Source: Phycisphaerae bacterium (GTDB taxonomy: Bacteria; Planctomycetota; Phycisphaerae; SM23-33). From it: a stretch of DNA of 64,000 nt. Below the pieces are notes generated by a model. The model had not been told where the DNA came from and made no database searches. It saw only the letters and a list, made by a program, of their open reading frames with translations. Both the position numbers and the translations under genes were made by a program. Shown in pieces: positions 19,249 through 27,950 of the stretch (position 1 is the first letter of the stretch; each line of letters starts with the position of its first letter). Location: the NCBI GenBank assembly GCA_041946855.1, contig JBHGBE010000005.1, positions 11,108 through 75,107 on the forward strand, read 5' to 3'.

Positions 19249-20355
19249 ATGCCTGCGAGCAATGACACACTGACGGCCAAGCTCGACGAACTGCACCGGC
19301 GCTACGCGCAGATCACGGAGCAGATGAACGACCCGGCCGTCGCGTCGGATGCGACGAAGATCGTCGCTCTGGCCAAGGAGCGGTCCAGGCTGGCCCGCAT
19401 AGTCGAGCCGTACATCAAGTACAAGGCCGTCGCCGCCCATCGTGACGAGGCGCAGGCAATACTCGACGATCCAGCCGGCGACGCGGACCTCAAGGCTATC
19501 GCGCGGGGCGAGGTCGATGACCTGAAGCACAAGGCCGAGGCGGCGCTGGACGAAATCAAGGGCCTCCTGGTCATGGTGGACGACGAGCAGATCGACTCGG
19601 TCGTGCTGGAGATCCGCGCGGGCACGGGCGGCGAGGAGGCGGCGCTATTCGCCGCGGACCTGGCCGGCATGTACAGGCGATACGCCGAGGGACACCGATG
19701 GAGCTTCGAGATACTCTCGGCCAGCCCGACGGACATGGGCGGCTTCCGCGAGCTCATCGCCAACATCAAAGGCCCCGGCGTATGGACCCACTTCGGTTAC
19801 GAGGGCGGCGGCCATCGCGTCCAGCGCGTGCCCAAGACCGAGGCTCAGGGGCGGATACACACTTCCGCCGCGACGGTGGCCGTCCTGCCCGAGCCGGAGG
19901 ACGTCGAGGTCAACATCAACTGGGAGAAGGACGTCGAGGAGTACACCAGCCGCGCCGGCGGCCCCGGCGGCCAGAACGTCAACAAGGTCGAGTCGGCCAT
20001 CCGCCTGGAGCACAAGCCCACCGGCATTACCGTGTCGATGCGCGATGAGAAGAGCCAGCACAAGAACCGCGCCAAGGCCAGGCGAATCCTGGCGGCCCGC
20101 GTGTACGAGCACATCCGCGGCCAGCAGTTGGCGGCCGAGGCCGCGGCCCGCAAGGCGATGATCGGCTCGGGCGACCGCTCGGAGCGCATCCGCACGTACA
20201 ACTTCCCGCAGAACCGCTGCACCGACCACCGGCTCAAGAGCGCCGGCTCCGAGGGCGCCAACTACAACCTCCAGCAGATAATGGCCGGCGACATGGACGA
20301 GCTGATCAACGCGCTGATCGCGCACGACAAGGCGCAGAGGCTGGCCAATCTCTGA
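19249..20355 (+). CDS. prfA: Peptide chain release factor 1
   Basis: GGQ motif ([24 protein letters not shown]). RF-1 PxT-type region. Start placed at the inner Met [11 protein letters not shown]. Confidence 0.9.
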   Translation: MPASNDTLTAKLDELHRRYAQITEQMNDPAVASDATKIVALAKERSRLARIVEPYIKYKAVAAHRDEAQAILDDPAGDADLKAIARGEVDDLKHKAEAALDEIKGLLVMVDDEQIDSVVLEIRAGTGGEEAALFAADLAGMYRRYAEGHRWSFEILSASPTDMGGFRELIANIKGPGVWTHFGYEGGGHRVQRVPKTEAQGRIHTSAATVAVLPEPEDVEVNINWEKDVEEYTSRAGGPGGQNVNKVESAIRLEHKPTGITVSMRDEKSQHKNRAKARRILAARVYEHIRGQQLAAEAAARKAMIGSGDRSERIRTYNFPQNRCTDHRLKSAGSEGANYNLQQIMAGDMDELINALIAHDKAQRLANL

Positions 20356-20433
20356 TTGCAGATTGCGGATTGAACGCGCGCGAGCGGGTTGTGTCCTCCA
20401 ATCTGCAATCTACAATCTGCAATCTGCAATAGG
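20354..20433. repeat. Heptamer-arm inverted repeat element A (GATTGCAGATTGCGGATTG ... CAATCTGCAATCTACAATCTGCAATCTGCAAT)
   Basis: Starts on the prfA stop codon and ends 10 nt before the mazG-like start. Arms are tandem 7-mers. About 21-nt GC-rich loop. Confidence 0.7.
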
Positions 20434-20442
20434 ACCAATGCC

Positions 20443-20706
20443 ATGACCATCCGGGAGTTTCAGGACTTCATCTACAAACAGTACTACCCCACGGACTCCA
20501 ATCGCGGCACGCCCGCGACATTCCTGTGGTTCATGGAGGAGGTGGGCGAGCTGGCCTCAGCCCTGGCCGGCGACGATGAGCACAACAAGGAGGAAGAGTT
20601 CGCGGACGTCTTCGCGTGGCTTTGCACACTGGCCAACATCAACGGCGTGGACCTGGCCAAGGCCATCGAGAAATACACGGTGCGGGGGGTAGAAGGACAC
20701 AAGTGA
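20443..20706 (+). CDS. MazG-like nucleotide pyrophosphohydrolase (small MazG family)
   Basis: MTIREFQDFIYKQYY...FLWFMEEVGELASAL...EEEFADVFAWLCTLANINGVDL shows the EExxE/D MazG motifs. The ORF-track N-terminal extension (MCPPICNLQSAICN) is translated repeat DNA, so the inner Met is used. Confidence 0.75.
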   Translation: MTIREFQDFIYKQYYPTDSNRGTPATFLWFMEEVGELASALAGDDEHNKEEEFADVFAWLCTLANINGVDLAKAIEKYTVRGVEGHK

Positions 20707-20836
20707 TTTTCGATTGACGATTTCGATTGGCGATTGCTCAAAAAGAGAACCCGGCCCGTCTCTGGTTCACAAGACCAAAGACGGGCCGCGTCCTTGTAGT
20801 TCAATCGTCAATCGCCAATCGGCAATCGACAATCAG
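20705..20836. repeat. Heptamer-arm inverted repeat element B between convergent genes, with a nested GC hairpin
   Basis: Left arm gattttcgattgacgatttcgattggcgattgc. Right arm tcaatcgtcaatcgccaatcggcaatcgacaatcag. Centre contains CGGCCCGTCT...AGACGGGCCG. The arms overlap both stop codons. Confidence 0.7.
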
Positions 20837-23832
20837 CCTTTGAGGGCTTCTTCAATCATCTCCAGTATCTGCTTGCCCTGTCCTTCGGCGTCCTTCTCGA
20901 TTGACTTCTTGGCCGACTCCCTGGCCTTCTCCAGCAGCTTCTTGTCCCCGGTGGCCTTGCCGATCTTGTACTGGACCATGGCGGTCTTGTTCCACGAGTC
21001 GGCCAGTTCCGGATCGACCATGTTGATGTGGTCAGCCTGGCGGAGGGCCTCCTTGAAGTACTTGTCCTTGTCGGCCGGGGTCTCGGACTTGGCGGCCTTG
21101 CGGAGGTTGATGGAGGCCATCGCCTCGTAGGTGGAGGTCTCGTAGGGGTCGATGTAGAGCGTCTCGCGGTAGAACCGCAGGGCCTCGTCGTCCTGGTTGA
21201 GGGAGCGATAGATGTCGGCGATCTGCCGGGCGTAGTCGGGCTTGTTCATCGTGCGGCGGTGCAGCTCCAGCAGGTTGGGCAGGGCCTTGGCCGGCTGGCC
21301 GAGCTCCTTGTAGATCCTGGCGAGGTTCTCGTAGCTGTACGGGTCCAGCGGCTGGCGCTGCTTGTAGGTCTCGAGCGCAAGGATGGTCTCGGCCCAGGAG
21401 CGCTTCTCCATGTAGCACTGCGCCATCACACGCGGGGCGTAGATGGATGAGTGGTCCAGGTCCTCCAGGCGCTTGGCCATGCCGATGGCCTCGTCGTTCT
21501 TCTTGGCGGCGGCAAGGGCGGAGGCCATCGCGGCCAGGGCCTTGGTGCTGTTGGGGTCGATGTCCAGGGCCTTCTGCGCGTACTGCTGTGCGCGTGGCAG
21601 TTGGCCGATGGAAGCCAGCGCGATGGCCGCCTCGGACAGGGCGGCGGCGTCGTTGGGCCTGGCGTCCGCCTCGGCGACGGCCTTCTGCGCATCGGGCGGC
21701 GGATTGGGGTCGAAGTGCCACTCATCCTTCACCCACGCCTTGGCCCACTCGGCGAAGTCCTTGTCGAACTGCTCCTCGGTCGTGCCGAAGATGTCCTTGA
21801 TGACCTCCGCCTGGGTCTTGCCGGCGTTAAAGGCCTTGAGCATGTTGGCGACCGTGGGATGGTAGCCCTTCTTGACGTTGATGTACTCCAGTATCCACTC
21901 CGACTGTGCGTACGCCTGCTGGCGCTGCGCGGGCGTCTTGGGCCGGATGAATCCCCAGTCGAGGTCCTTGACGGGGATCAGCGTGTTCGTCCGCACCGCC
22001 TGCACCAGGAGCCTGACGTAGTTGTAGGCGGTCTTGTCGGGCTGCTGGGAGACGGCGCAGGCCTCGGTGAACCAGTGCGGGATGCGGTTCTGCGTGGCGG
22101 CCAGCGTGACCGAGTGCGTGTACTCGTGGCGGAGGACGACCGACCAGTTGTACGTCATGCTGTTGGCCACGTCCTTGCCGGGGGCGGCCAGGGCGATCAC
22201 GTTGCCGGTCGAGGCCCCCACCGTCGGCACCCACCCCTTTCCGCTGACCCGGACGGAGAACTGCGGCCCCGAGGGGAATATCTCGATGAGCGTCTTGTCC
22301 TTCAACTCGTAGTCGTAGTCGCCGCAGATTTCCTTGTAGATGCTCTCCATGTAGTCGCTGACCTGGTCCAGCAGGACCGAGTCGCGCTCGGTGTCGACCT
22401 TGACGATGAAGTGCTCGGTCTCCTTCACCGCGTACTTGGCCGGGTCGAGTATCTTCTCGACGAGGTTGTAGTAGTTGACCACGTCCTCGCGGAAGTCGTC
22501 GATGTCGTGGGCCTTCTTCAGCGCGACGGAGGCCTTGGCCTCATCGCCGGTCTGCATGTACATCAGGCCCAGGCCGGCCCACGGCTCGGCCAGCTCCGGC
22601 GCAAGCTCGGTGGCCTTGATGTAGTTCGGCTCTGCCTGCTTGAACTGCCGCCCGGCCACCAGCCAGTCGCCGATGGCCGTGTAGAGGCCGGCGTAGTTCC
22701 TGTTGATCTTATGCACCGCCTCGATATACGGCTTTGCCTTGTCGCCATGGCCCAGGCGCGTGTGGAGGGCCGCCATAAGGCTAAGCGCCTCCAGGTGGTT
22801 GGGGTTGACCTCCAGCGCCTTCTTAAGGACGCCCTCGACCTCGTCGAACTTGCGCCACTGCATCATGCACGTGGCCTTGAGCAGCATGGCCTCGACGTGG
22901 TTGGGGTTGATCGCCAGCGCCTGGTCGGACAGCTTGAGCACCGCCTCGAACTGGAACTGCGACAGGGCGGCCACGCCGTAGCCGACGAACACGTCGGGGA
23001 TCTTCTTGTTGAGGGCCTCGGCGAGCTTGAACTCGGCGATGGCCTGGTTTGGCCGGTGGTTGGACAGCAGGTACATGCCCGCCGCGACGTTGGCGGGCCA
23101 GTACTTCTTGTCCACGTTCATGTACGCTTCCTGGAGGTAGTTCTGGAGGATGTTCTCGGCCTGGTTGGAGGCCTTCTTGCCGCCAAGGACCACGTCGCGG
23201 TCCATGATCTGGCCGAGGGCCACAAGGCTCCGCGGGTCGCGGCGATAGGCGTCGGTGCGGATGACCTTGTCAATCGACTTGTAGACGGCCTTGGCCTCCT
23301 CTTTCCTGCCGACGACCTCCAGGGCCTGGCCGTGGGCGAAGATGGCCGGGGCCCAGTCGGGCTTCATCTCGTGGGCCTTTGTGGCGTGGTCCAGCGCCTC
23401 GTCGTACTTGCCGACGGCGCTGGTCAGCTCGTACATCAGGACATGCCAGGCGGCGTCCTTTGCGCCTTCGCCCTCGACGGCCTTGAGTGCCTCGATGGCC
23501 TCCTTGTACTTGCCCTCGATGGCCAGCGCCTCGGCCATGCCGATGGCGGCGCCCAGCGGCGACTTGGCCGCAAGCTTCTTGTACCCATCGACGGCCGCCG
23601 AGTAATCGCCCTTGGCATATAGGTCGTGGCAGGCATCGAGCGTGTCGGCCTTGGCGGTGGTGGGCGCGGGTTTGGTGGCCGGGGCGGATGATGTCGCCGG
23701 CGCCATGCCGGGGCCGGGCACGACAACGACCTTCGGCGTGGGCGCCGGGTCATCGGCAAGGCCGGCAGCGGGCCGGGAAAGCAGCATCGCCAGGGACAGA
23801 ACGGCGGCGGCAAGGAAGTGGCTGGTCTTCAT
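20833..23832 (-). CDS. Secreted TPR-repeat protein with embedded HExxH zinc-metallopeptidase-like motif
   Basis: Signal peptide MKTSHFLAAAVLSLAMLLSRPAAG. Many TPR units. VVLRHEYTHSV...HWFTEACA (HExxH plus a downstream Glu). Confidence 0.7.
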   Translation of the reverse strand: MKTSHFLAAAVLSLAMLLSRPAAGLADDPAPTPKVVVVPGPGMAPATSSAPATKPAPTTAKADTLDACHDLYAKGDYSAAVDGYKKLAAKSPLGAAIGMAEALAIEGKYKEAIEALKAVEGEGAKDAAWHVLMYELTSAVGKYDEALDHATKAHEMKPDWAPAIFAHGQALEVVGRKEEAKAVYKSIDKVIRTDAYRRDPRSLVALGQIMDRDVVLGGKKASNQAENILQNYLQEAYMNVDKKYWPANVAAGMYLLSNHRPNQAIAEFKLAEALNKKIPDVFVGYGVAALSQFQFEAVLKLSDQALAINPNHVEAMLLKATCMMQWRKFDEVEGVLKKALEVNPNHLEALSLMAALHTRLGHGDKAKPYIEAVHKINRNYAGLYTAIGDWLVAGRQFKQAEPNYIKATELAPELAEPWAGLGLMYMQTGDEAKASVALKKAHDIDDFREDVVNYYNLVEKILDPAKYAVKETEHFIVKVDTERDSVLLDQVSDYMESIYKEICGDYDYELKDKTLIEIFPSGPQFSVRVSGKGWVPTVGASTGNVIALAAPGKDVANSMTYNWSVVLRHEYTHSVTLAATQNRIPHWFTEACAVSQQPDKTAYNYVRLLVQAVRTNTLIPVKDLDWGFIRPKTPAQRQQAYAQSEWILEYINVKKGYHPTVANMLKAFNAGKTQAEVIKDIFGTTEEQFDKDFAEWAKAWVKDEWHFDPNPPPDAQKAVAEADARPNDAAALSEAAIALASIGQLPRAQQYAQKALDIDPNSTKALAAMASALAAAKKNDEAIGMAKRLEDLDHSSIYAPRVMAQCYMEKRSWAETILALETYKQRQPLDPYSYENLARIYKELGQPAKALPNLLELHRRTMNKPDYARQIADIYRSLNQDDEALRFYRETLYIDPYETSTYEAMASINLRKAAKSETPADKDKYFKEALRQADHINMVDPELADSWNKTAMVQYKIGKATGDKKLLEKARESAKKSIEKDAEGQGKQILEMIEEALKG

Positions 23833-24035
23833 GAGTTTCGATCCTCGTGTCAGTCTGCGCAACACCCAACCCGGGCGCATGGCCGCGCCCGCGGAATATT
23901 GTAACCCATCCTGAAGCATTCAACCAAGATTAACCGCCGCAAAGGGCGGCTATTGCAGGGAAATGCGCAAGACCGCGGGCCGCAGCCCGCCGGCGGCGAG
24001 CCACGGCCCGCTGTCCTGAAAGATGCGATCAGGCG

Positions 24036-24206
24036 TCAGCCTTCGCTGATCGCCTTGGAGGGGCACTGCTCGGCGCACTGCCCGCAGTCCACGCACGCAT
24101 CCGGGTCAATCGAGTACTTCTTCTCGCCTTCCTTGATCGCCTCGGACGGACAGACGTCCTTGCACGACCCGCAGGCGGTACACTCATCGCCGATCTTGTA
24201 GGCCAT
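24036..24206 (-). CDS. 2x[4Fe-4S] ferredoxin (56 aa). Not in the supplied ORF track.
   Basis: Reverse translation gives MAYKIGDECTACGSCKDVCPSEAIKEGEKKYSIDPDACVDCGQCAEQCPSKAISEG, with two CxxCxxCxxxCP motifs. Confidence 0.75.
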   Translation of the reverse strand: MAYKIGDECTACGSCKDVCPSEAIKEGEKKYSIDPDACVDCGQCAEQCPSKAISEG

Positions 24207-24330
24207 CGCTAGCTCCTTTGTGGTTGTTCAACGAAACGGGCCGGGCTGGCGTTCCCGGCCGGCTCGCTCTTCCGACATATTACGATTTTCCGGCCGAGCG
24301 GTTCAAGGCCATTTGTCGGCCCTCGCGCGG

Positions 24331-24376
24331 TCAATTTACAATCTGCAATCTGCAATCTACAATCGCCGAATCAATG
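24331..24376. repeat. Heptamer repeat half-element C (caatttacaatctgcaatctgcaatctacaatcgccgaatcaatgg)
   Basis: Same CAATCTG/CAATCTA units as element A. Sits in the divergent ferredoxin/thiF-like promoter region and contains the thiF-like ATG. A weak partner (acgattttccgg) lies about 50 nt upstream. Confidence 0.6.
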
Positions 24377-25162
24377 GCGAAAGACGGTCACAATCTCGGC
24401 CGGTACGAGCGGCAGATGGTCTTCGGCGGCTGGGGCCTGGCCCTTCAGAAGGAACTGGCGGCCAGGCGAGCGCTGATTGTGGGCGTTGGCGGGCTGGGGA
24501 GCTGGGCGGCGGAGCTGCTGGCGCGGGCGGGCGTGGGCTTCCTGCGGCTGGTGGATGATGACAAGGCCGCGCTGAACAATCTCCATCGCCAGGCGCTCTA
24601 CGACGAGGCGGATGCGGCCGAGGGCCTGCCCAAGGTCTTCGCGGCCGCCCGGCGGCTCAAGCGGATCAACTCGCAGGTGACAATCGAGCCTCGCGAGGAG
24701 CGGCTGGATAGGGACAACGTCGAGGAGCTTGCGGCCGGGGCGGATGTGATACTCGACGGCACGGATAACTTCGCCTCGCGGTTCATCATCAACGACTACG
24801 CGGTGAAGACCGGCCGGCCGTGGGTGTTCGCGGGCGTGGTCGGCGCCGAGGCGCAGACGATGACGATCATCCCCGGTCGCACGCCGTGCCTCCGGTGCAT
24901 CAGCGAGACGCCGCCGCCGCCGTGCGTCGATCCGTCATGCCGCGTGGCGGGGGCGCTCGGGCCGGCGGTAATGGCCGTTGCCGCGATTCAGGCGATGGAG
25001 GCCATCAAGATCCTCGCCGGGAAGCTCGACGAGGTAAGCCCGTACCTGGTCAAGTTCGACCTGTGGACCAACGGGTTCCAGCGGATCGACGCGGCCCGCG
25101 CGTGCGCCGGCGTGGATTGCCCATGCTGCAAACAGAGGCACTTCGAGTACCTGGAAAGTTGA
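24374..25162 (+). CDS. ThiF/MoeB-family E1-like adenylyltransferase
   Basis: Rossmann GVGGLGSWAAELLARAGVG. Conserved Asp/Arg residues. C-terminal Cys cluster (CxxC...CPCC). Confidence 0.8.
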   Translation: MAKDGHNLGRYERQMVFGGWGLALQKELAARRALIVGVGGLGSWAAELLARAGVGFLRLVDDDKAALNNLHRQALYDEADAAEGLPKVFAAARRLKRINSQVTIEPREERLDRDNVEELAAGADVILDGTDNFASRFIINDYAVKTGRPWVFAGVVGAEAQTMTIIPGRTPCLRCISETPPPPCVDPSCRVAGALGPAVMAVAAIQAMEAIKILAGKLDEVSPYLVKFDLWTNGFQRIDAARACAGVDCPCCKQRHFEYLES

Positions 25163-25186
25163 GGTAGTCAGTCTGAGGACAGTTCC

Positions 25187-25501
25187 ATGGGGGACGGGTA
25201 CAATACAGGAATGATGACCCAGGAAGATATCCGTCAAAGACGAGACGCAATCCTTGAGATTGCCCGCCGTTACGGAGCGCACGATGTGCGGATCTTCGGG
25301 TCGGTGGCGCGGGGGGACGTAACGGCAGAATCAGACTTGGATCTGATTGTCAGGTTCGAGGCAGGCCGTTCACTTCTGGACCACGGCGGGCTCGTCATGG
25401 ACCTGCGCGAACTTCTCGGAATCAGGGTTGATGTGATTGACGAAGACGGAATGCGGGAGAGATTCAGAAACCATGTCTTGAAGGAGGCGGTTCCTCTATG
25501 A
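25187..25501 (+). CDS. mntA: MNT nucleotidyltransferase antitoxin (HepT/MNT type VII toxin-antitoxin)
   Basis: IFGSVARGDVTAESDLDLIV matches the minimal nucleotidyltransferase GS...DxD motif. 4-nt overlap with the downstream HEPN gene. Confidence 0.8.
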   Translation: MGDGYNTGMMTQEDIRQRRDAILEIARRYGAHDVRIFGSVARGDVTAESDLDLIVRFEAGRSLLDHGGLVMDLRELLGIRVDVIDEDGMRERFRNHVLKEAVPL

Positions 25502-25845
25502 GGCCAGATCGCCTGCTGCTTCAGGACATCCTCGAAGCAATCAACGAGGTGATCGACGCCACACCCGCCGATATGGCCGCGTTCGATGCCAACAAATTCG
25601 TTCGCTCGCACGTCCTGCGTCATATACAAATCATCGGGGAAGCGACTTGGCGGCTTTCCTCGCAGGTCAAGGACAAGCACCTGGAAGTGCCTTGGAAGAA
25701 GATCGTTGGCATGCGCCATGTGCTGGTCCACGATTACTTCGAGGTCAACTGGGCGCGTGTCTATGAAACCGCTAAGGTGCATGTGCCGCCGCTCAAACCG
25801 ATCATTGAGTCAATACTGGCATCTCTCGGGCCGGAACCAGAATGA
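25498..25845 (+). CDS. hepT: HepT HEPN-domain toxin (DUF86)
   Basis: RHVLVHDY Rx4HxY HEPN motif. DUF86 size and layout. ATGA overlaps on both ends. Confidence 0.8.
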   Translation: MRPDRLLLQDILEAINEVIDATPADMAAFDANKFVRSHVLRHIQIIGEATWRLSSQVKDKHLEVPWKKIVGMRHVLVHDYFEVNWARVYETAKVHVPPLKPIIESILASLGPEPE

Positions 25846-26726
25846 GTGGATCCAGGCGTCGGTTCGTCGACCTTCACACCCACAGCACCGCATCCGACGG
25901 CCAGCTCCGGCCGGCGGAACTGATCGCCCTGGCGGAGCGGAAGCACCTGGCGATGGTCGCCCTGACCGACCATGACACGATGGACGGCCTGGCCGAGGCG
26001 CGGGCGGCAGCCGCGGGGTTTCCGGGCCTGCGGTTCGTGGGCGGCATCGAGGTCTCGGCCAGGTTCCCCACGGGCACGCTTCACATACTCGGCCTGGGCG
26101 TCGATGAGCGCTCGCCGGCCATCGCGAGCCTTTGCCGGCAGCTTGTGGCCGCACGTGATTCACGCAACCCCAGGATCATCGCGCGCCTGCGCGAGCTGGG
26201 CATAGCCATCGAGATGGAGGATGTGCGGGCCGTCGCGGGCCACGGCCGTATCGTCGGCCGGCTGCACATCGCCGAGGCCCTGCGGCGCAAAGGGCATGTC
26301 AAAACGACGCAGGAGGCGTTCGACACTCTTATCGGCAATGGCCGCGCGGCTTACGTTGACAAGGAACGGCTTTGGCCGCGCCAAGCCATCGAGGCGATCC
26401 GCGCGGGCGGTGGAGTTGCGGCCCTGGCTCATCCGCCCCAGCTTCGGTGCGCGAACCGCGCGGAGCTTGAGCGTGTCCTCCGCTCGCTAATCCGCGACGG
26501 CCTGGGCGGCATCGAGGTCTACCACAGCGAGAACACGCCTGAGCAGACCCGCCTCTACCTCGACCTGGCCCGACGGTTCAGGCTGGCCGTCACGGGCGGC
26601 TCGGACTTCCACGGCCCCGCCAAGCCCGAGGCCCGCCTGGGCATTCCCCGCGTGCCCCTGGCGGCCATCGCGGAGCGCATCGCCTTCCCGCGGGCCGGTG
26701 GCGACGCGAAAGGCCGTGTCACCTAA
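25842..26726 (+). CDS. PHP-domain phosphoesterase (TrpH/YciV-like)
   Basis: VDLHTHSTASDG...ALTDHDTM...GGSDFHG PHP metal-binding motifs. Confidence 0.8.
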   Translation: MSGSRRRFVDLHTHSTASDGQLRPAELIALAERKHLAMVALTDHDTMDGLAEARAAAAGFPGLRFVGGIEVSARFPTGTLHILGLGVDERSPAIASLCRQLVAARDSRNPRIIARLRELGIAIEMEDVRAVAGHGRIVGRLHIAEALRRKGHVKTTQEAFDTLIGNGRAAYVDKERLWPRQAIEAIRAGGGVAALAHPPQLRCANRAELERVLRSLIRDGLGGIEVYHSENTPEQTRLYLDLARRFRLAVTGGSDFHGPAKPEARLGIPRVPLAAIAERIAFPRAGGDAKGRVT

Positions 26727-26750
26727 GGCCCAAAAAACCGCGAGCGCGCC

Positions 26751-26783
26751 CTTGCCGAAACGGTTGGGCGCGTTATAATAACG
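26751..26783 (+). promoter_or_regulatory. Candidate sigma-70-like promoter (TTGCCG-N16-TATAAT) with palindrome CGTTAT-A-ATAACG overlapping the -10 box
   Basis: Seen directly. Located about 180 nt upstream of the PEP-CTERM gene start. Confidence 0.4.
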
Positions 26784-26958
26784 ACGCTTCGACCTCCGCT
26801 CTGGAAGCGGCGGATTTCGTTGCAAGTCGGCGGATTCGGGACGTCCGCTCACGCTCCCGGGTCTGCAAGCCCGCCCGGGCGAGTTTCCCTGACAACCATT
26901 TCTTTCTATCGAGCGCCCTTTCTTGATTCGTTCGCTGGGCCAGCGAAAGGAGAGCCCT

Positions 26959-27849
26959 ATGAAGGCTACTGCCCTGATCCTGTGTGTCTGTGCGTTCTTT
27001 CTGTGCGGTCCTGCCGTTGCCGATGTGGTAATCAAGACGGTGCCAGACTGGAACCAGCCGGATTTCTACGCCCCAGGGACTGCTGGACTGAACGTGGGCG
27101 ACTACCCCAACTGGTGCTCGCCTACGGCCGCCTCCGCACTGATGGGCTACTGGGAAGACCAGTTGGCTTGCGCCGGGCTGACCGACAGGCAAGTCGGCCT
27201 AGGCGCGTCAGCCCCCTACCCCAATCCGGTCAACCCCATGACCTACCAGCAGGGCCTATGGCACGATGGCGTGGTCGAGCTTGGGTGGTTCATGGACACC
27301 GGTGGGTGGAAAACGGCCGGCGGCCCATTCCCACCCAGAGGCATCGGCAACACTATCTTGGCCAACATCAGCCCCGGGGCACAGACTTACGCGCGGACGG
27401 CGTGGCTCGACCCCGGCGGGCTACAGAAAGTCGCGTTCCCCAACGCCGTCGCCATTCGGGACAACAATCTTGCCACGATGTTCGCCACCTACAAGGCTGA
27501 GATTGATGCCGGCCGGCCCGTGCTTGTCTCGTGGACCGGCTGGGTCAATCTCGCTATGGGGTTCAACACTGTGAGCGTGGACGGCGTTGACGTACAGGTC
27601 TACAACCAACTCCAGAATGTGTCCGAAGGACACACCACCTGCGGCGTTGGATATCGAGACAATCCCGCCGTGCAGGGCGATGAACTGATTATCGTCCAGG
27701 ACAACTGGTTCCAGACCGGCCAGTATGTGGGCGTCAGCCCCGGCAGCGGATTCTGGTCGCAGAACGACTACGTTACCATCCCCGAGCCGGCCACGCTGGT
27801 GCTGCTGGCCCTCGGAGGCCTGGCGATCCTGCGCAGGCGGCATCGCTGA
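26959..27849 (+). CDS. PEP-CTERM sorting-domain protein with a papain-like (C39-like) peptidase-type N-terminal domain
   Basis: Signal peptide. NWCSPTAASALMGYW Cys. EGHTTCGVGY His. C-terminal PEPATLVLLALGGLAILRRRHR (PEP motif + TM helix + basic tail). Confidence 0.75.
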   Translation: MKATALILCVCAFFLCGPAVADVVIKTVPDWNQPDFYAPGTAGLNVGDYPNWCSPTAASALMGYWEDQLACAGLTDRQVGLGASAPYPNPVNPMTYQQGLWHDGVVELGWFMDTGGWKTAGGPFPPRGIGNTILANISPGAQTYARTAWLDPGGLQKVAFPNAVAIRDNNLATMFATYKAEIDAGRPVLVSWTGWVNLAMGFNTVSVDGVDVQVYNQLQNVSEGHTTCGVGYRDNPAVQGDELIIVQDNWFQTGQYVGVSPGSGFWSQNDYVTIPEPATLVLLALGGLAILRRRHR

Positions 27850-27950
27850 GACACGGAAGGTGACCACCTTCCGCGCGGCAAGAACCCAGTCCCGGCTGGC
27901 CGGGACTGGGTTGGGAAGGAAGCGGCAGCGCCTCTGATTCTGTCGGTCGG

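Noticed and set aside
20340-20440. The tandem 7-mer arrays could be a CRISPR array
   Set aside because: The units are 7 nt with no unique spacers. The arms are inverted complements of each other flanking a single centre. No cas genes are present.
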